Below are positions 1 through 11,365 of a stretch of 64,000 nucleotides of DNA, one piece after another (the first letter of the stretch is position 1; every line of letters starts with the position of its first letter). The notes under the pieces were generated by a model. It did not search any database. It was not told where the DNA came from and was given only the letters and a program-made list of their open reading frames with translations. The DNA comes from an uncultured Planctomycetaceae bacterium (lineage in GTDB: Bacteria > Planctomycetota > Planctomycetia > Isosphaerales > Isosphaeraceae). The DNA lies in contig CAWIAD010000001.1 of the NCBI GenBank assembly GCA_963833985.1, positions 1,152,001-1,216,000 of the forward strand, in the 5' to 3' direction. The translations under genes were made by a program, and so were the position numbers.

Positions 1-537
1 GGTTGGTGCACCGCGACCTGAAGCCTGCGAATCTCTTCGCCGCTCGCCGTGGCAACCTGTACGACTTCACCAAGGTTCTCGACTTCGGTCTCGTGTTGTC
101 CCCGCCCAACCAGTCGACAGCCGAGTCCAGCCGCGAAAGTGACATCGCCGGCTCGCCCCTCTACATGGCACCAGAGCAGGCCACCGGCGCCTGCGCGGCC
201 CGATGCTCGGGCCGACGTCTACGGGCTGGGCGCAATCGCCTATTACCTGCTGACCGGCCGCGCCCCGTTTGCCGGGCCAACCGCGATGGCCGTGATGATT
301 GTCGTGGCGCGCGACCCTGTCGAGCCTCCATCCCGTCACCGGCCTGGGCTTCCGTCCGACCTGGAACGCATCATCCTGCGCTGCCTGGCCAAATCCCCCG
401 AGGAACGCTATCCGGACGTTGCTGCCCTGGACCACGAACTCGCCGGCTGCGCCGCCGCCGGCGAGTGGAGCTTCGACCGCGCCGCCGCCTGGTGGAAGGC
501 TCAGGGTGGCATGACTGCCAGATGCAGGGGCGGGTGA
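1..537 (+). CDS. Ser/Thr protein kinase, C-terminal part (truncated by window; frameshift near 190)
   Basis: HRDLKPAN, DFG and GSPLYMAPEQ in the frame starting at 3; continues as ADVYGLGAIAYYLLTGRAPF...RCLAKSPEERY in frame 49..537. Confidence 0.85.
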
Positions 538-1014
538 TTCGGGGCTGGAAGAGATCGCATGATGGGCCGTGGAGTGCGAACGTCCCGCGGCGCGGCCACG
601 ACCATGCCGAGCCAGAAACCTGGGATGATGCGATGGCGCTGGCCGAACCAGTCTGTCTGGCCAGAAGTTGCGGCCGGCGGACCTGCACCACTCCCTGCGT
701 GAGGGATCCTTGGTGTAATTCCGCCTGTCAGGCGGCCAGGGCGAGGCATTACCATAAGCCGCAAGTGTTCAGCACTTGCGGCATTCCTCAGCTCCCGGCG
801 ACGCGGGAGTCGAGCGGACCGGGATCCGATGAACCGCAATTAATTCACGATGCCTTGACTCCCAAGCGGACTTGACTTAAAAATGATACGATGCAGCAGA
901 CGGCGCAAGATTAAGATCCGTTAACGATTGTCATGGATTGGCAGTTCCTATCATTCTCTGGCGAATGCGATTCATGGGGATGATCATTGACGGAGCGTTG
1001 TTTTCCGTAGAGGA

Positions 1015-1383
1015 ATGGGCGTGATCAGACGGCTCGTAGTGTCCTGGAAAGACGCGTCCTTTGCGCTCGTCGCTGCGATCGTGTGGTTGTCCACAGGGCT
1101 CGTGAGTTCCTCGGGTGTCAGCCCCGATTCCGTGACGATGGCTCGTTTCAAGATGAGCGCGGCGGTGCCGGAGCTGGTGCCGATCATGGATTTGATCGAG
1201 GTCAAGGATCACGAATCTCAAGAGGACGACGATCGCGAATCTCGGGAAGAAGATCCTGACCCTTCCGGGCTGCCGGGTACGTGGCTCTTTTCGGCTCTAT
1301 CCGTCCCTTTCTCTCAAATCGCACCGTTCCGCCGTGTCCCTTTCCCGGTTGTCGCACCTTCGAGCCGCCCGCTCCGTTGCTGA
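1015..1383 (+). CDS. small hypothetical exported/leader-like ORF upstream of the RND operon
   Basis: Hydrophobic N-terminus, acidic stretch, ends ...SSRPLRC; co-oriented with the efflux operon. Confidence 0.45.
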   Translation: MGVIRRLVVSWKDASFALVAAIVWLSTGLVSSSGVSPDSVTMARFKMSAAVPELVPIMDLIEVKDHESQEDDDRESREEDPDPSGLPGTWLFSALSVPFSQIAPFRRVPFPVVAPSSRPLRC

Positions 1384-1574
1384 CGAAAGTGCCCTCCCCT
1401 TTCGCCGAGCCATGAGTGCCTTTCTCCCGGGAAAAGGCCGGGCTGGGCTGTAGCGGGTTATTCCCCCGCAAGTCATCTCTGCGAACAACGCCTGCGCGAT
1501 CGCGTGAGCGCCTGTTCTGTTCGATGCCGAATACGAACCTTTAGCCCGCCACACCTCAAGTGGGAGTTTGCGCG

Positions 1575-2823
1575 ATGAATCCGATCAAGTTCGCCAGGCG
1601 ACGACCCGTCACGACTCTCATACTCATCGCCGTGCTGACAAGTGGTGGCTTCCTGGGATTGTCCAAGATGCGGGCCGATACCTTTCCGGAACCCAGTTCG
1701 CCTCAAATCCACAGCTATCTCGACTCTTTTGGCATGTACGCCAGGCGGGTGAAAAACTACGCCGCTCGCCAGTATGCGTCCTACTCCCAGGGGCACGAGA
1801 AGGTGCACCAGGAGGAGGAACGTAAGATCGTGGTCACCAGCCCGAAAGTAATGGACGTCACCGTCACCCAGCCGTTTGTCTGCCAGATCCATTTCGAAGC
1901 AGCACATCGATGTTTGTGCGATGGAGAATGGTTATCTCCTGGAGATCCCGGTGAGTGAGGGCCAGATGGTCAAGAAGGGCGACTTGATGTTCAAGCTCCT
2001 ACCGGTTGTGTACACGGCAAAACTGGACGCCGAGCTGGCCGAAGCCCGGCTGGCAGAGCTGGAATACAAGAACACCGAGAGTTTGTTCAGGAAACAGGCA
2101 GTCGTCTCTCAGAATGAGGTGCTCTTGTTCAAGGCCAAGCTGGACAGGGCGAGGGCCAAGGCAGACCTGGCACGGGCCGAATTGGCCTTCACGGAGGTCA
2201 GAGCACCTTTCGAGGGTATTGTCGACCGCAGGCATGAGCAGCTCGGTAGCCTCATCAAGGAGGGGGACATACTCACGACCCTGTCGGACAACAGTGTGAT
2301 GTGGGTCTATTTCAACGTCACCGAGGCGCAGTACCTCGAATACAAGGGCCTCCCGGATCAGGACAAGAAGGATCAGAAGATCAAGCTCAAACTGGCGAAC
2401 GGGACCATCTTCCCGGTCACCGGCGCAATCGGTGCGATCGAGGCTCAGTTCAACAACCAGACCGGGAACATCGCGTTCCGGGCGGATTTTGCGAACCCGG
2501 AGCGTCTGCTGCGCCACGGTCAGACGGGCACCATTCTCATCAGCAGGACGCTCAAGGATGCACTGGTGATCCCGCAACGGGCGACGTTCGAGATCCTCGA
2601 CAAGCGATACGCCTGGGTCGTCGGCGAGGACGACGTGGTCCATCAGAGCCTGATCACCATCAAGCACGTGCTGGACGATATCTTCGTCATCGACAGCGGA
2701 CTCGAAGTGAAAGACAGGATCGTGCTGGAAGGAGTTCGAGAGGTTCATGACGGCGAGAAGGTGAAATACGAGATTCGTGAGCCGGACGAGGCCCTCAAGA
2801 ACCAGAAGTTTCACGCGGAATAG
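1575..2823 (+). CDS. RND efflux periplasmic adaptor (MFP), frameshift near 1893
   Basis: GYLLEIPVSEGQMVKKGDLMF, VRAPFEGIV, LSDNSVMWVYFNV; N-terminal frame 1575.. joins the 1876..2823 frame if one T is removed at CCATTTCG. Confidence 0.85.
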
Positions 2824-2876
2824 CTTTTTCTTACGGGTATTCTCGCCACCGACCTCGACGAGCCAGTTCCCGAACC

Positions 2877-5800
2877 ATGTTCACAAGAATCCTCCACCGG
2901 CCGGCGTTTGCGATCGTTCTTTCGATCATCATCCTCTTCCTGGGAGTGATGGGGATCAAGACTCTGCCGATCGCGCAGTTCCCCGACATCGCACCGCCCA
3001 CCGTGATGGTTTCCATTTCTTATCCCGGCGCCAGTGCCAATGTGCTGGTGGAATCGGTTCTGATTCCGCTGGAGCAATCCATCAACGGCGTCCAGAACAT
3101 GCGCTATATCTCGTCTTCCGCGACGAGTGCCGGCGAGGCGGCGATCATCATCTACTTCGAGCCGGGCACAGATCCAAATATCAACGTGGTTAACGTACAG
3201 AACCGGGTGAACATCGTCCTCTTTCAGCTTCCACCCCTGGTGGTGCGGGAGGGGATCCTTGTCAGCCAGGTCGTTCCTAGTATGCTCATGTACGTGAATA
3301 TCTACAGCACGGATCCAAACGCCGATCAGAAGGACCTCTTCAACTTTGCCAACGTCTACGTCATGCCCCGGCTGAAGCGCATCAAGGGGATGGGCATCCC
3401 CAGGAATCTCGGCAACCGCATCTTCGCGATGCGGGTCTGGCTGAATCCGGATCGCATGCGCGCCTACAGCCTTTCCTCCGACGATGTCATGAAGGCGCTG
3501 TCAGAGCAAAGCATCATAGGTTCGCCCGGTCGACTCGGCCAGGCCACGGGGAAAACGTCTCAATCCAAGGAATACGTGCTGACCTACATCGGACGCTTCA
3601 ACAAGCCAGAGCAGTACGGAAATATCATTCTGAAAGCGAATCCCGACGGGGAGATCCTGCGAATCAAGGACGTCGGTGAAGTGGAGCTGGGGCCTCAATT
3701 CTTCGACATTTACTCGGATATCAACGGGCACCCCGCGGCGTCCGTCGTGCTCAAGCAGGCTCCCGGTTCCAACGCCGCCGAGGTGATCGAGGCGATCAAG
3801 ACGGAGCTTGAGCTGATCAAGAAGGAATCGTTCCCCACCGGCATGGACTACGAATTCGCCTACGACGTCTCCAAGTTCCTCGACGCCTCGATCGAAAAGG
3901 TGCTGCACACCTTGCTCGAGGCGTTCATACTTGTGTCGCTCGTTGTCTATATGTTCCTCGGGGATATACGATCCACGTTGATCCCGACGCTCGCGGTTCC
4001 GGTGTCCCTGGTCGGGACCTTCTTCGTCCTGCAACTCATGGGCCTGTCGATCAACTTGATCACGCTTTTTGCGATGGTTCTGGCGATCGGTGTGGTGGTC
4101 GACGATGCCATTGTGGTGGTCGAGGCCGTGCATGCCAAGATGGCCCAGAAGCACTTGTCTCCCTACCGGGCGACCATGGAGGTTGTGCACGAGATCTCTG
4201 GCGCCATCATTGCCATCACCCTCGTGATGACGTCCGTTTTCGTACCGGTGACGTTCATTCCCGGCGCAGTGGGCACATTCTACCGCCAGTTCGGGATCAC
4301 GATGGCCACCTCAATCATCCTGTCCGGACTGGTGGCCCTGACGCTGACGCCGGTCCTCTGTGCGATGATTCTCAAGCCCCACCCGCACACGGGCAATGGC
4401 AATGGCAATGGCAATGGCGACCACACCGACACCGATGAGCACACGATCACTGACAACGGCGTCAGCCACGAAGAAAAGCCGCACGGAATGGGACTCAAGG
4501 TGCTCTTTGCTCTGGGAGGGTTGCTTGTCCTGGGAGGAGTCACATACGTAGCCTACGAACTGTGGGGACCGATCGGATTTCTGCTCATTCTCCTGCCGTT
4601 CGTGCAGCGTCCTTTCGACCGCGCCGTGGAGAGGGTCACGGGCGGTTATGCCGCGATTGTGCGGGGGATCGCCACGCGACGCGTGTTCACCATGGCCGTC
4701 GTCGCGGCCTTTGCCGCCGGCATCGTCCTTGTCAACACGAAGCTCGCGACAGGCTTTATCCCCGGCGAGGACCAGGGCATCATCTACGCCGTGCTTCAAA
4801 CGCCTCCAGGCTCGACACTCGAGTACACCAACGACAAGTCCCAAAAACTCGAAACCATCGCCAAGCAGATCCCCGAAGTCACCTCGGTCACCTCACTGGC
4901 CGGTTACGAGGTCCTGACCGAGGGCCGCGGCTCGAACTCGGGAACCTGTATCATCAACCTGAAAACCTGGTCCGACCGAAAGCGGACCGCACGCCAGATC
5001 ATCATGGATCTCGAGGAAAAATCCCGTGAGATCAGCAACGTGAAACTCGAGTTCTTTGAGCCACCCGCCGTTCCCGGCTTCGGCACTGCCGGCGGTATCT
5101 CGATGCTCGTGCTGGACAAGACCTTCTCCGCGGATTACGTACGGCTCGGAGAAGTGACCGAGAAATTCATGGCCGCACTGAAAAAGCGCAAGGAGGTGAC
5201 GAACCTGTTCACCTTCTACGCCGCAAACTACCCGCAGTACGAACTGATCATCAACAACGACGTCGCCATGCAGAAGGGCGTGTCGATCAAGACCGCGATG
5301 GACAACCTCAACATCCTCATTGGCAGTACCTGGGAGCAGGGATTCATTCGCTTCAACCAGTTCTTCAAGGTATTCGTCCAGGCCAAGCCGGAGTTCCGAC
5401 GCTATCCGGAAGATCTGGACACCCTGTTCGTCAAGAACGACAAGGGGGAGATGGTGCCCTACTCGGCGTTCATGACGCGCGTCAAGAAACAGGGCCTGAA
5501 TGAGATCACCCGGTACAACCTCTACACTTCGGCCGCAATTCAGCTTGCACCGGCTCCGGGCTTCAGCACCGGGCAGGCAATCCAGGCAATCAAGGAAGTG
5601 GGCGCCCAGACGCTGCCTCGTGGTTTCGACGTCGGCTGGTCCGGCCTTTCTTACGATGAGTCAAAGAAGGGGAATGAGGCTGTTTACATTTTCCTCATAG
5701 TCATCGCCTTCGTCTATCTCGTGCTGATTGCCCAGTACGAGAGCTTCATCCTGCCTCTCGCCGTGATCCTTTCACTTCCGGTCGGGCTCTTCGGCTCCTT

Positions 5801-6263
5801 CCTCTGCTTGCAGGCCATGGGCCTCGCGAACGATGTCTATGCCCAGATTGGTCTGGTCATGCTGGTGGGTCTGCTGGGTAAGAACGCCATCCTGATCGTG
5901 GAATTCGCGGTCCAGAGACGACGGGAGGGGGTGTCTCTCTGGGATGCGGCGGTGGAAGGCGGAAAGTTGCGTTTCCGGCCGATTCAGATGACCTCCTTCG
6001 CCTTCATCGCCGGCCTCCTTCCGCTGGTCGTGGCCACCGGCGCCGGGGCGATCGGCAATCGAACCATCGGCACCACGGGAGCCGGCGGCATGCTCGTCGG
6101 CACGGTCTTCGGTGTCCTGATCATCCCGGGCCTCTACTACCTGTTCGGCCAGCTTGACGGCGGGCGCAAACTTCTCAAAGACGAGACCACTGAACCTCTC
6201 ACCGAGCGTTTCGGACACCACGAACACGTCGAGCACCACGAGCACCACGAAAACCACGAGTGA
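2877..6263 (+). CDS. RND efflux permease (AcrB/HAE1 family)
   Basis: LPIAQFPDIAPP, GVVVDDAIVVVE, KNAILIVEFA, LRFRPIQMTS; His-rich C-terminus. Confidence 0.95.
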   Translation: MFTRILHRPAFAIVLSIIILFLGVMGIKTLPIAQFPDIAPPTVMVSISYPGASANVLVESVLIPLEQSINGVQNMRYISSSATSAGEAAIIIYFEPGTDPNINVVNVQNRVNIVLFQLPPLVVREGILVSQVVPSMLMYVNIYSTDPNADQKDLFNFANVYVMPRLKRIKGMGIPRNLGNRIFAMRVWLNPDRMRAYSLSSDDVMKALSEQSIIGSPGRLGQATGKTSQSKEYVLTYIGRFNKPEQYGNIILKANPDGEILRIKDVGEVELGPQFFDIYSDINGHPAASVVLKQAPGSNAAEVIEAIKTELELIKKESFPTGMDYEFAYDVSKFLDASIEKVLHTLLEAFILVSLVVYMFLGDIRSTLIPTLAVPVSLVGTFFVLQLMGLSINLITLFAMVLAIGVVVDDAIVVVEAVHAKMAQKHLSPYRATMEVVHEISGAIIAITLVMTSVFVPVTFIPGAVGTFYRQFGITMATSIILSGLVALTLTPVLCAMILKPHPHTGNGNGNGNGDHTDTDEHTITDNGVSHEEKPHGMGLKVLFALGGLLVLGGVTYVAYELWGPIGFLLILLPFVQRPFDRAVERVTGGYAAIVRGIATRRVFTMAVVAAFAAGIVLVNTKLATGFIPGEDQGIIYAVLQTPPGSTLEYTNDKSQKLETIAKQIPEVTSVTSLAGYEVLTEGRGSNSGTCIINLKTWSDRKRTARQIIMDLEEKSREISNVKLEFFEPPAVPGFGTAGGISMLVLDKTFSADYVRLGEVTEKFMAALKKRKEVTNLFTFYAANYPQYELIINNDVAMQKGVSIKTAMDNLNILIGSTWEQGFIRFNQFFKVFVQAKPEFRRYPEDLDTLFVKNDKGEMVPYSAFMTRVKKQGLNEITRYNLYTSAAIQLAPAPGFSTGQAIQAIKEVGAQTLPRGFDVGWSGLSYDESKKGNEAVYIFLIVIAFVYLVLIAQYESFILPLAVILSLPVGLFGSFLCLQAMGLANDVYAQIGLVMLVGLLGKNAILIVEFAVQRRREGVSLWDAAVEGGKLRFRPIQMTSFAFIAGLLPLVVATGAGAIGNRTIGTTGAGGMLVGTVFGVLIIPGLYYLFGQLDGGRKLLKDETTEPLTERFGHHEHVEHHEHHENHE

Positions 6264-6752
6264 CAGACATGCGAAGCGGTTGATGGCAATGCTGGTTGGC
6301 AGACACCGGCATTATCATATGAAGACGCAGTTGTGCATGCATATCTAAACGTTCATGACGGGATTTCACAGTGCCGGTCTCGCTGAGTCGCGCGACTTCC
6401 GTCGCTGGATTTCGCGCCGTTCTCCAATCCTTCTGTTCGTTCGCGCGGATTCTCGGACTTATCGGTACAACCGGTAAAGTTCTCCCCCCCTATCGGTCGA
6501 ATGTAGAGACTGGATCGTTCGCGCGGGACGTGCTGTTCGTCGTGCCGTCCAGCGTCGATTCTTCTTTCCCTCACGCGGGGCTGGAACCAGAGTTGCCGGT
6601 ATCCTGCGACGGAGCGAGGGGCCTGGAAAACTGATTTTCAGCCCGGGAGAGAAGAGTTTTCAAGGACCGGATGCGAACGCAATTGCCCAATTGTACACCG
6701 GTTGGCAAACGAACGCTGCTGATCCTGGTCCGGGACCTCAAGGACGAGGTTT

Positions 6753-8642
6753 ATGATCTTGCAGGAAGGCTGGTTACGCACGAAGCAGTTGAGGCGGGTC
6801 TCTACGATCGGCATCGTTTGCGGCTTTCTGCTGGTTTTGCCGTCGTGTGGAATCCCCGGGCTACGCCCTGCGGCTCCGTTACCAGCTCTACCGCAAGACT
6901 TTAACGGAGCGGCCAGCGAGGAGAACTCATCCCAGGTTCGGATCGAGGAGTTCTTCGATGATCCACTGCTGACACGTCTGATCAGCCAGGCCCTGGCAGG
7001 CAGCCAGGAGTTAAGAATCCTGAATGAGGACATCCAGATTGCCAATAACGAGGTTTTGGGTCGGTCGGGTGCGTATCTTCCCTTCGCTGGACTCGGAGGC
7101 AGCGCGGGACTGGAGAAGCTCAGCGGATTCACTCCTCTGGGAGCCGCTGAGCGGCAACTCGATTATCTTCCTGGCAAAGGATTTCCCGACTGGTCGGGCA
7201 ATTTTCTTCTGGCCGCCAACATTTCCTGGCAAGTGGACATCTGGAGGCAATTGCGGAATGCCCGGGACGCGGCGAAGCTGCGCTACTTTGCCACCAGTGA
7301 GGGGCGGAACTACACGGTGACCCGGCTCGTCGCGGAGGTCGCCGAAAATTATTATATGCTGATCGCACTCGATAAACGACTTGAAAACCTGGATAACATC
7401 ATTGCCCTTCAAACAAAAAGTCTCGAGATTGCCAGGGCGAAGAAGGAAGCAGCGCGCGGCAGCCAGCTGCCTGTCCTCCGCTTTCAGGCCGAGGTCGCCA
7501 GAAACCAGAGTGAAAAGCTCATCGTCAGTCAGGACATCGTCCAGGTAGAGAACCGTATCAACTTCCTCGTTGGTCGCTTCCCGCAGGCTGTCGAACGCTA
7601 CAAGGGGGATTTCATCAATCTGAACTTGCGTGCCCTGAGCGTTGGGCTCCCCATGCAATTGCTCCATAACAGGCCCGATATCCGTCAAGCCGAGCGTGAG
7701 CTGGCGGCGACCGGGCTCGACGTGAAGGTTGCCCGTGCCCGCTTCTTTCCGCAACTGGCCGTTGCGGGCCCCATTGGCCCCGCCGGGCCGTACAGCCCCA
7801 TCGGCTTCCAGGCTTTTAACCCGAGATATCTTTTCTTCACTCCAGAATCATTCCTCGCCAGTGTTGCTTTTGACTTTGTCGGCCCAGTCATCAACAGGAG
7901 GGCCATCCAGGCCGACTACCTGAGCGCGAACGCGCGGCAACTCCAGGCCGTTTACAATTACCAGCGCGTCATCCTGAACGCCTTTGCCGAGGTGATCAAC
8001 CGCATCTCGAAGGTGCAGAAGTACGGTAGGAGTATCGAGATCAGGAAGCAGCAGGTGCAATCGCTCGTGGCATCCGTCGAAGCCGCGAGCGACCTTTTTC
8101 AGAACCCCCGCGCCGGATTAGAGGTCGACTACCTGGACGTGCTCACCGCCCAGCGCGACCTCTGGGATGCCAGAAGGGTACTGATCGACACCAAGCAGGA
8201 GCAACTGTCTGCTGTCGTGAATGCCTATCAGGCGCTCGGCGGAGGCGGCTACCTGTTGCCGACGCCTCCTCCGAAACCGGTACACGGTCATCATTGGCGA
8301 AGCTACTGGGGGATCCCAAAACTGGGACATGCGGCTGCACCTCATCCGGGACCGCTCCCACCTCCGCCGCCGAACGGTCCAGCACCGCCTCCCGCATCGA
8401 CGCCGCCAGTTAATCCGGGACCGCTTCCCGTACCAGCACCGGCACCGCCCAGCGGTCCCGGACCATTTCCACCGGGGGCGCCATCAGGCGGTCCGGAGCC
8501 GCCTCCCGCGCCGGCTGCGGAAAAGCTTCCGGAACCGCTTGCAGCTCCGGAAAACGGAACAGGGGCAGCAGGAGGAACAGGCGCAGGAGCAGCAGGAACG
8601 GGGGCAGGAACCGTTCCAAATGGAGGTCAACCTCCGCGTTGA
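6753..8642 (+). CDS. TolC/NodT-family outer membrane factor lipoprotein with Pro/Gly-rich tail
   Basis: Lipobox-like LPSC, SWQVDIWRQLR, LLHNRPDIRQAERELAA, YQALGGG; downstream of the RND permease. Confidence 0.9.
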   Translation: MILQEGWLRTKQLRRVSTIGIVCGFLLVLPSCGIPGLRPAAPLPALPQDFNGAASEENSSQVRIEEFFDDPLLTRLISQALAGSQELRILNEDIQIANNEVLGRSGAYLPFAGLGGSAGLEKLSGFTPLGAAERQLDYLPGKGFPDWSGNFLLAANISWQVDIWRQLRNARDAAKLRYFATSEGRNYTVTRLVAEVAENYYMLIALDKRLENLDNIIALQTKSLEIARAKKEAARGSQLPVLRFQAEVARNQSEKLIVSQDIVQVENRINFLVGRFPQAVERYKGDFINLNLRALSVGLPMQLLHNRPDIRQAERELAATGLDVKVARARFFPQLAVAGPIGPAGPYSPIGFQAFNPRYLFFTPESFLASVAFDFVGPVINRRAIQADYLSANARQLQAVYNYQRVILNAFAEVINRISKVQKYGRSIEIRKQQVQSLVASVEAASDLFQNPRAGLEVDYLDVLTAQRDLWDARRVLIDTKQEQLSAVVNAYQALGGGGYLLPTPPPKPVHGHHWRSYWGIPKLGHAAAPHPGPLPPPPPNGPAPPPASTPPVNPGPLPVPAPAPPSGPGPFPPGAPSGGPEPPPAPAAEKLPEPLAAPENGTGAAGGTGAGAAGTGAGTVPNGGQPPR

Positions 8643-8811
8643 TCACCCGTCGATGAGCGTTTTCTGCCTTCCGGTGGTGAGGCACGACGCTGATCTCACG
8701 CGCGTGCGATTGGTCCAACGGGGACTGCGGTCAGCTCGGCGGACGAGACTCGCAGTGGAATCTCAGGAGGCCGCGGAGGCAGTGGAGATCCACCAGCCTG
8801 CGCGAAGAAGA

Positions 8812-9390
8812 ATGGCACGCGAAGAATTGAATATAAGTAGATGTACCGTAACGTTGCACGTCGTGTCAAGTCTTGATGGCTTCATTGCCAGGCACGACAA
8901 CAGCATCTCGTGGCTCGACAATTCCGGAGACGTCTACGACGACGGGATTTCTGAAGCGAGTGCTGAAGGAATCGTCGAGGCTATCGACTGCTATGTGCTG
9001 GGATCGCGCACGTATGAGCACGCCCTTCAGCTCGGCTGGCCCTATGGTGATACTCCGACCGTGGTGGTCACCAGTAGAGAACTGCCGTCCACGAGGAAGA
9101 GCGTGGAGTTCTATTCGGGCGATCTCAAACGTCTGGTTGAGGACATACTCGCCCCCCGATATAGAAGCATCTGGCTTGTCGGAGGGGCCATGCTGTGCCA
9201 GAGTTTTCTCAGGCTGGACCTGGTGGATGAAATCAGATTGGCGGTCATGCCGGTCTTGCTGGGCGACGGCCTGCGCCTGTTCGGTCATTCCAGCACGGAA
9301 AGGCGATGGCGCCTGAAGGACGTCATCGCTTTCAAGACCGGAATCGTTGAGTTGGCGTATGGGCGCGAAACAAGCAGTTGCTCACCCTGA
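8812..9390 (+). CDS. dihydrofolate reductase/RibD C-terminal family protein
   Basis: SSLDGFIAR, LGSRTYE, IWLVGGAML, LVDEIRLAVMPVLLGDGLRLF. Confidence 0.85.
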   Translation: MAREELNISRCTVTLHVVSSLDGFIARHDNSISWLDNSGDVYDDGISEASAEGIVEAIDCYVLGSRTYEHALQLGWPYGDTPTVVVTSRELPSTRKSVEFYSGDLKRLVEDILAPRYRSIWLVGGAMLCQSFLRLDLVDEIRLAVMPVLLGDGLRLFGHSSTERRWRLKDVIAFKTGIVELAYGRETSSCSP

Positions 9391-9492
9391 AAGACGGCTG
9401 AGACCGCCGGCAGGCACGTTTCCGGCCGGGTGGCGCCAGGGGATGGGATTGCTCCTCTGGGCTCCCATGGATTGGTACTCGGATGCGGCCGA

Positions 9493-10493
9493 TCATGGTG
9501 CATCACCGGGTGGCCGTTCGGGATTCGGCGTGGGAACGAAGCTGCGACGCACGGCCGGGGAGAAGCCAAGGCCGGTGGTCAGCGAGATGGCCACCGTGGC
9601 CGTCTCGACCTTCTCGGGCACGGTCATCCGGAGAGTGCAGGTCTCGAGCTTGCTGGCAAGCTGGTAATACGTCTGGTGCAGCGACCCGCTCGAGCCCGAC
9701 CCGCTCTGTCTCGCCTGGACTGGCTTCCCGTCAGTCCCGAGGAAAGCGATGTCTCTCACCCCCATCAACGGACCCTGATGGAACAGGACAACCTGTGTTC
9801 CCTCTTGCGCGCCTTGCCGCAGGCCCATCATCTCGTCTTCATCGGACAGACTGGCGATGATCATGGGAAACGGACTCGTGGTGATCTTGTCCAGCTTGAG
9901 ATTCACGTTCTTCTGCTCCACCTGCTTTTCACCCTGAAGATACGCCAGAACCAGGCTGGCCTCGATGCGAATCGTGTTTGCGCCGCTTGCCGGTAACTGG
10001 GCCGAATGTATTGTGACGGTCGCGCGATGGCCTCCAGGATCGACGTCCGCCTCGAAAGTCGGTTCCATCACCCCGGGCGGCAGCAGGCCATTTCCCTGTG
10101 CAGCGTCCAGGTTCTCGAGCAGGTTGGTGCCCCGGTCGTCGGTCAGCCGTGTGAGCCGGCATTCTTTGGTCCGGACGCTCTGGATCAGCCGATTCGGCTC
10201 GTCCACCAGGAAGGTGAGAGTCGTGCCTTCTCTCGGCACAGCCTGGTTCCCGAAGCCCATGGGCGCGGAAACCTGGCTCGAGGACCTGTGTGCGGAGGCT
10301 CCGGCTTGACCAGGTGCAGACGCAGGAGCGTGACCCGGGGCGGGCCCTTGAGGCTCCGGGAATCCCCGGCCTCGGCCGGCGGTTCCGGATGCGATTTCGA
10401 GAGCTGGGCCTCGAGGACCGGCGACATCGTAGCCAGCCAGGCCGCCACTCCGGTCACGATTCCAGGTGCGCACCAGCGTGCTGAATGGCTCAT
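9493..10493 (-). CDS. hypothetical exported protein (frameshift near 10290)
   Basis: Signal-like MSHSARWCAPGIVTGVAAWLA in the 10185..10652 frame; continues in the 9493..10575 frame (GTTLTFLVDEP...LTDDRGTNLL). Confidence 0.55.
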
Positions 10494-10528
10494 GTTCACT
10501 CCCGCCTTGATTGTGCACGTTCCGGGCG

Positions 10529-10620
10529 ATGTCTGCCGCAGCCACCACAGACATCGCTGAGTATACCCGGCGCATCCCGTCGCAACTTCAGGAGATTCTC
10601 GAGCAGATGAGGACCAAGGC
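10529..10620 (+). pseudogene. N-terminal fragment resembling YdhG/DUF1801 proteins
   Basis: MSAAATTDIAEYTRRIPSQLQEILEQMRT resembles the DUF1801 start; similarity stops at the GGCGAGTTTCGGGGACACC motif. Confidence 0.35.
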
Positions 10621-10897
10621 GAGTTTCGGGGACACCCGACGTGCTTGCTCATCGCCAGGGTCCGCTCAAGATCTCGCGAACAGGCGCTCGGAGAAACTGC
10701 GGCACAGGCGCTCCAGCTCCAGATCGCTGAGTGTTAGCTCGGCGAGGTGGCGGACAGCGGGAGCCCAACCACGGGACACACAGAAGGTACGGATCAAAGC
10801 AGACAGTGCGATACGAGTGCTTAATAGTGGATCTTTGATGGGCGTATAGAACGCACCTATACTGAGTCATTGACTCTCGGTCTTGTCGGATCGGGAC

Positions 10898-11018
10898 AAC
10901 CACAAAGGGCACGAAGAACACAAAGAAAGAGCAAACGCAAGAAAGAGCAAACACCAGGGACACTCCGACACCTTGAGGTATCCTGGTTTTCTTGGTGACC
11001 TTCGTGTCCTTGGTGGTT
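10898..11018. repeat. imperfect inverted-repeat (REP-like) element
   Basis: AACCACAAAGGGCACGAAGAACACAAAGAAA ... TTTCTTGGTGACCTTCGTGTCCTTGGTGGTT, about 30-nt arms. Confidence 0.7.
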
Positions 11019-11057
11019 CCAATTTCCTTCTGCTGTGGATGTGTCCCATGCCCCGGT

Positions 11058-11365
11058 TCACGCGCGGACGAACTGGTGTCGTGGCAATCTTCGCACCAGG
11101 CGCTTCGGCTCCAGGACGCGGAGAGTTAGCTCGGCGGGATGACGGACGGGGGTCTCGTCGGGGGCGGTGTGGAGCTCGCGGACCAGGGGGCCAAGCTCTT
11201 CGAGGATGTCGTCCACCGTTTCGACGAGCCTGCCACCGTCACGGATGAGGCGATGGCAGCCGCGACTCGTGATGCTGTCGACGGGGCCCGGGACGGTGAA
11301 GACCTCGCGGTTCTGCTCCATGGCGTGGTGCGCGGTGGAGAGCGAGCCGCTCTTCGGGGCGGCCT
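11058..11365 (-). pseudogene. dprA: orphan dprA 3' fragment C (internal deletion)
   Basis: [22 protein letters not shown]...HQFVRA* matches the C-terminus of dprA 16194..17390; lacks the SDQERSLL...QVLATL segment. Confidence 0.9.
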
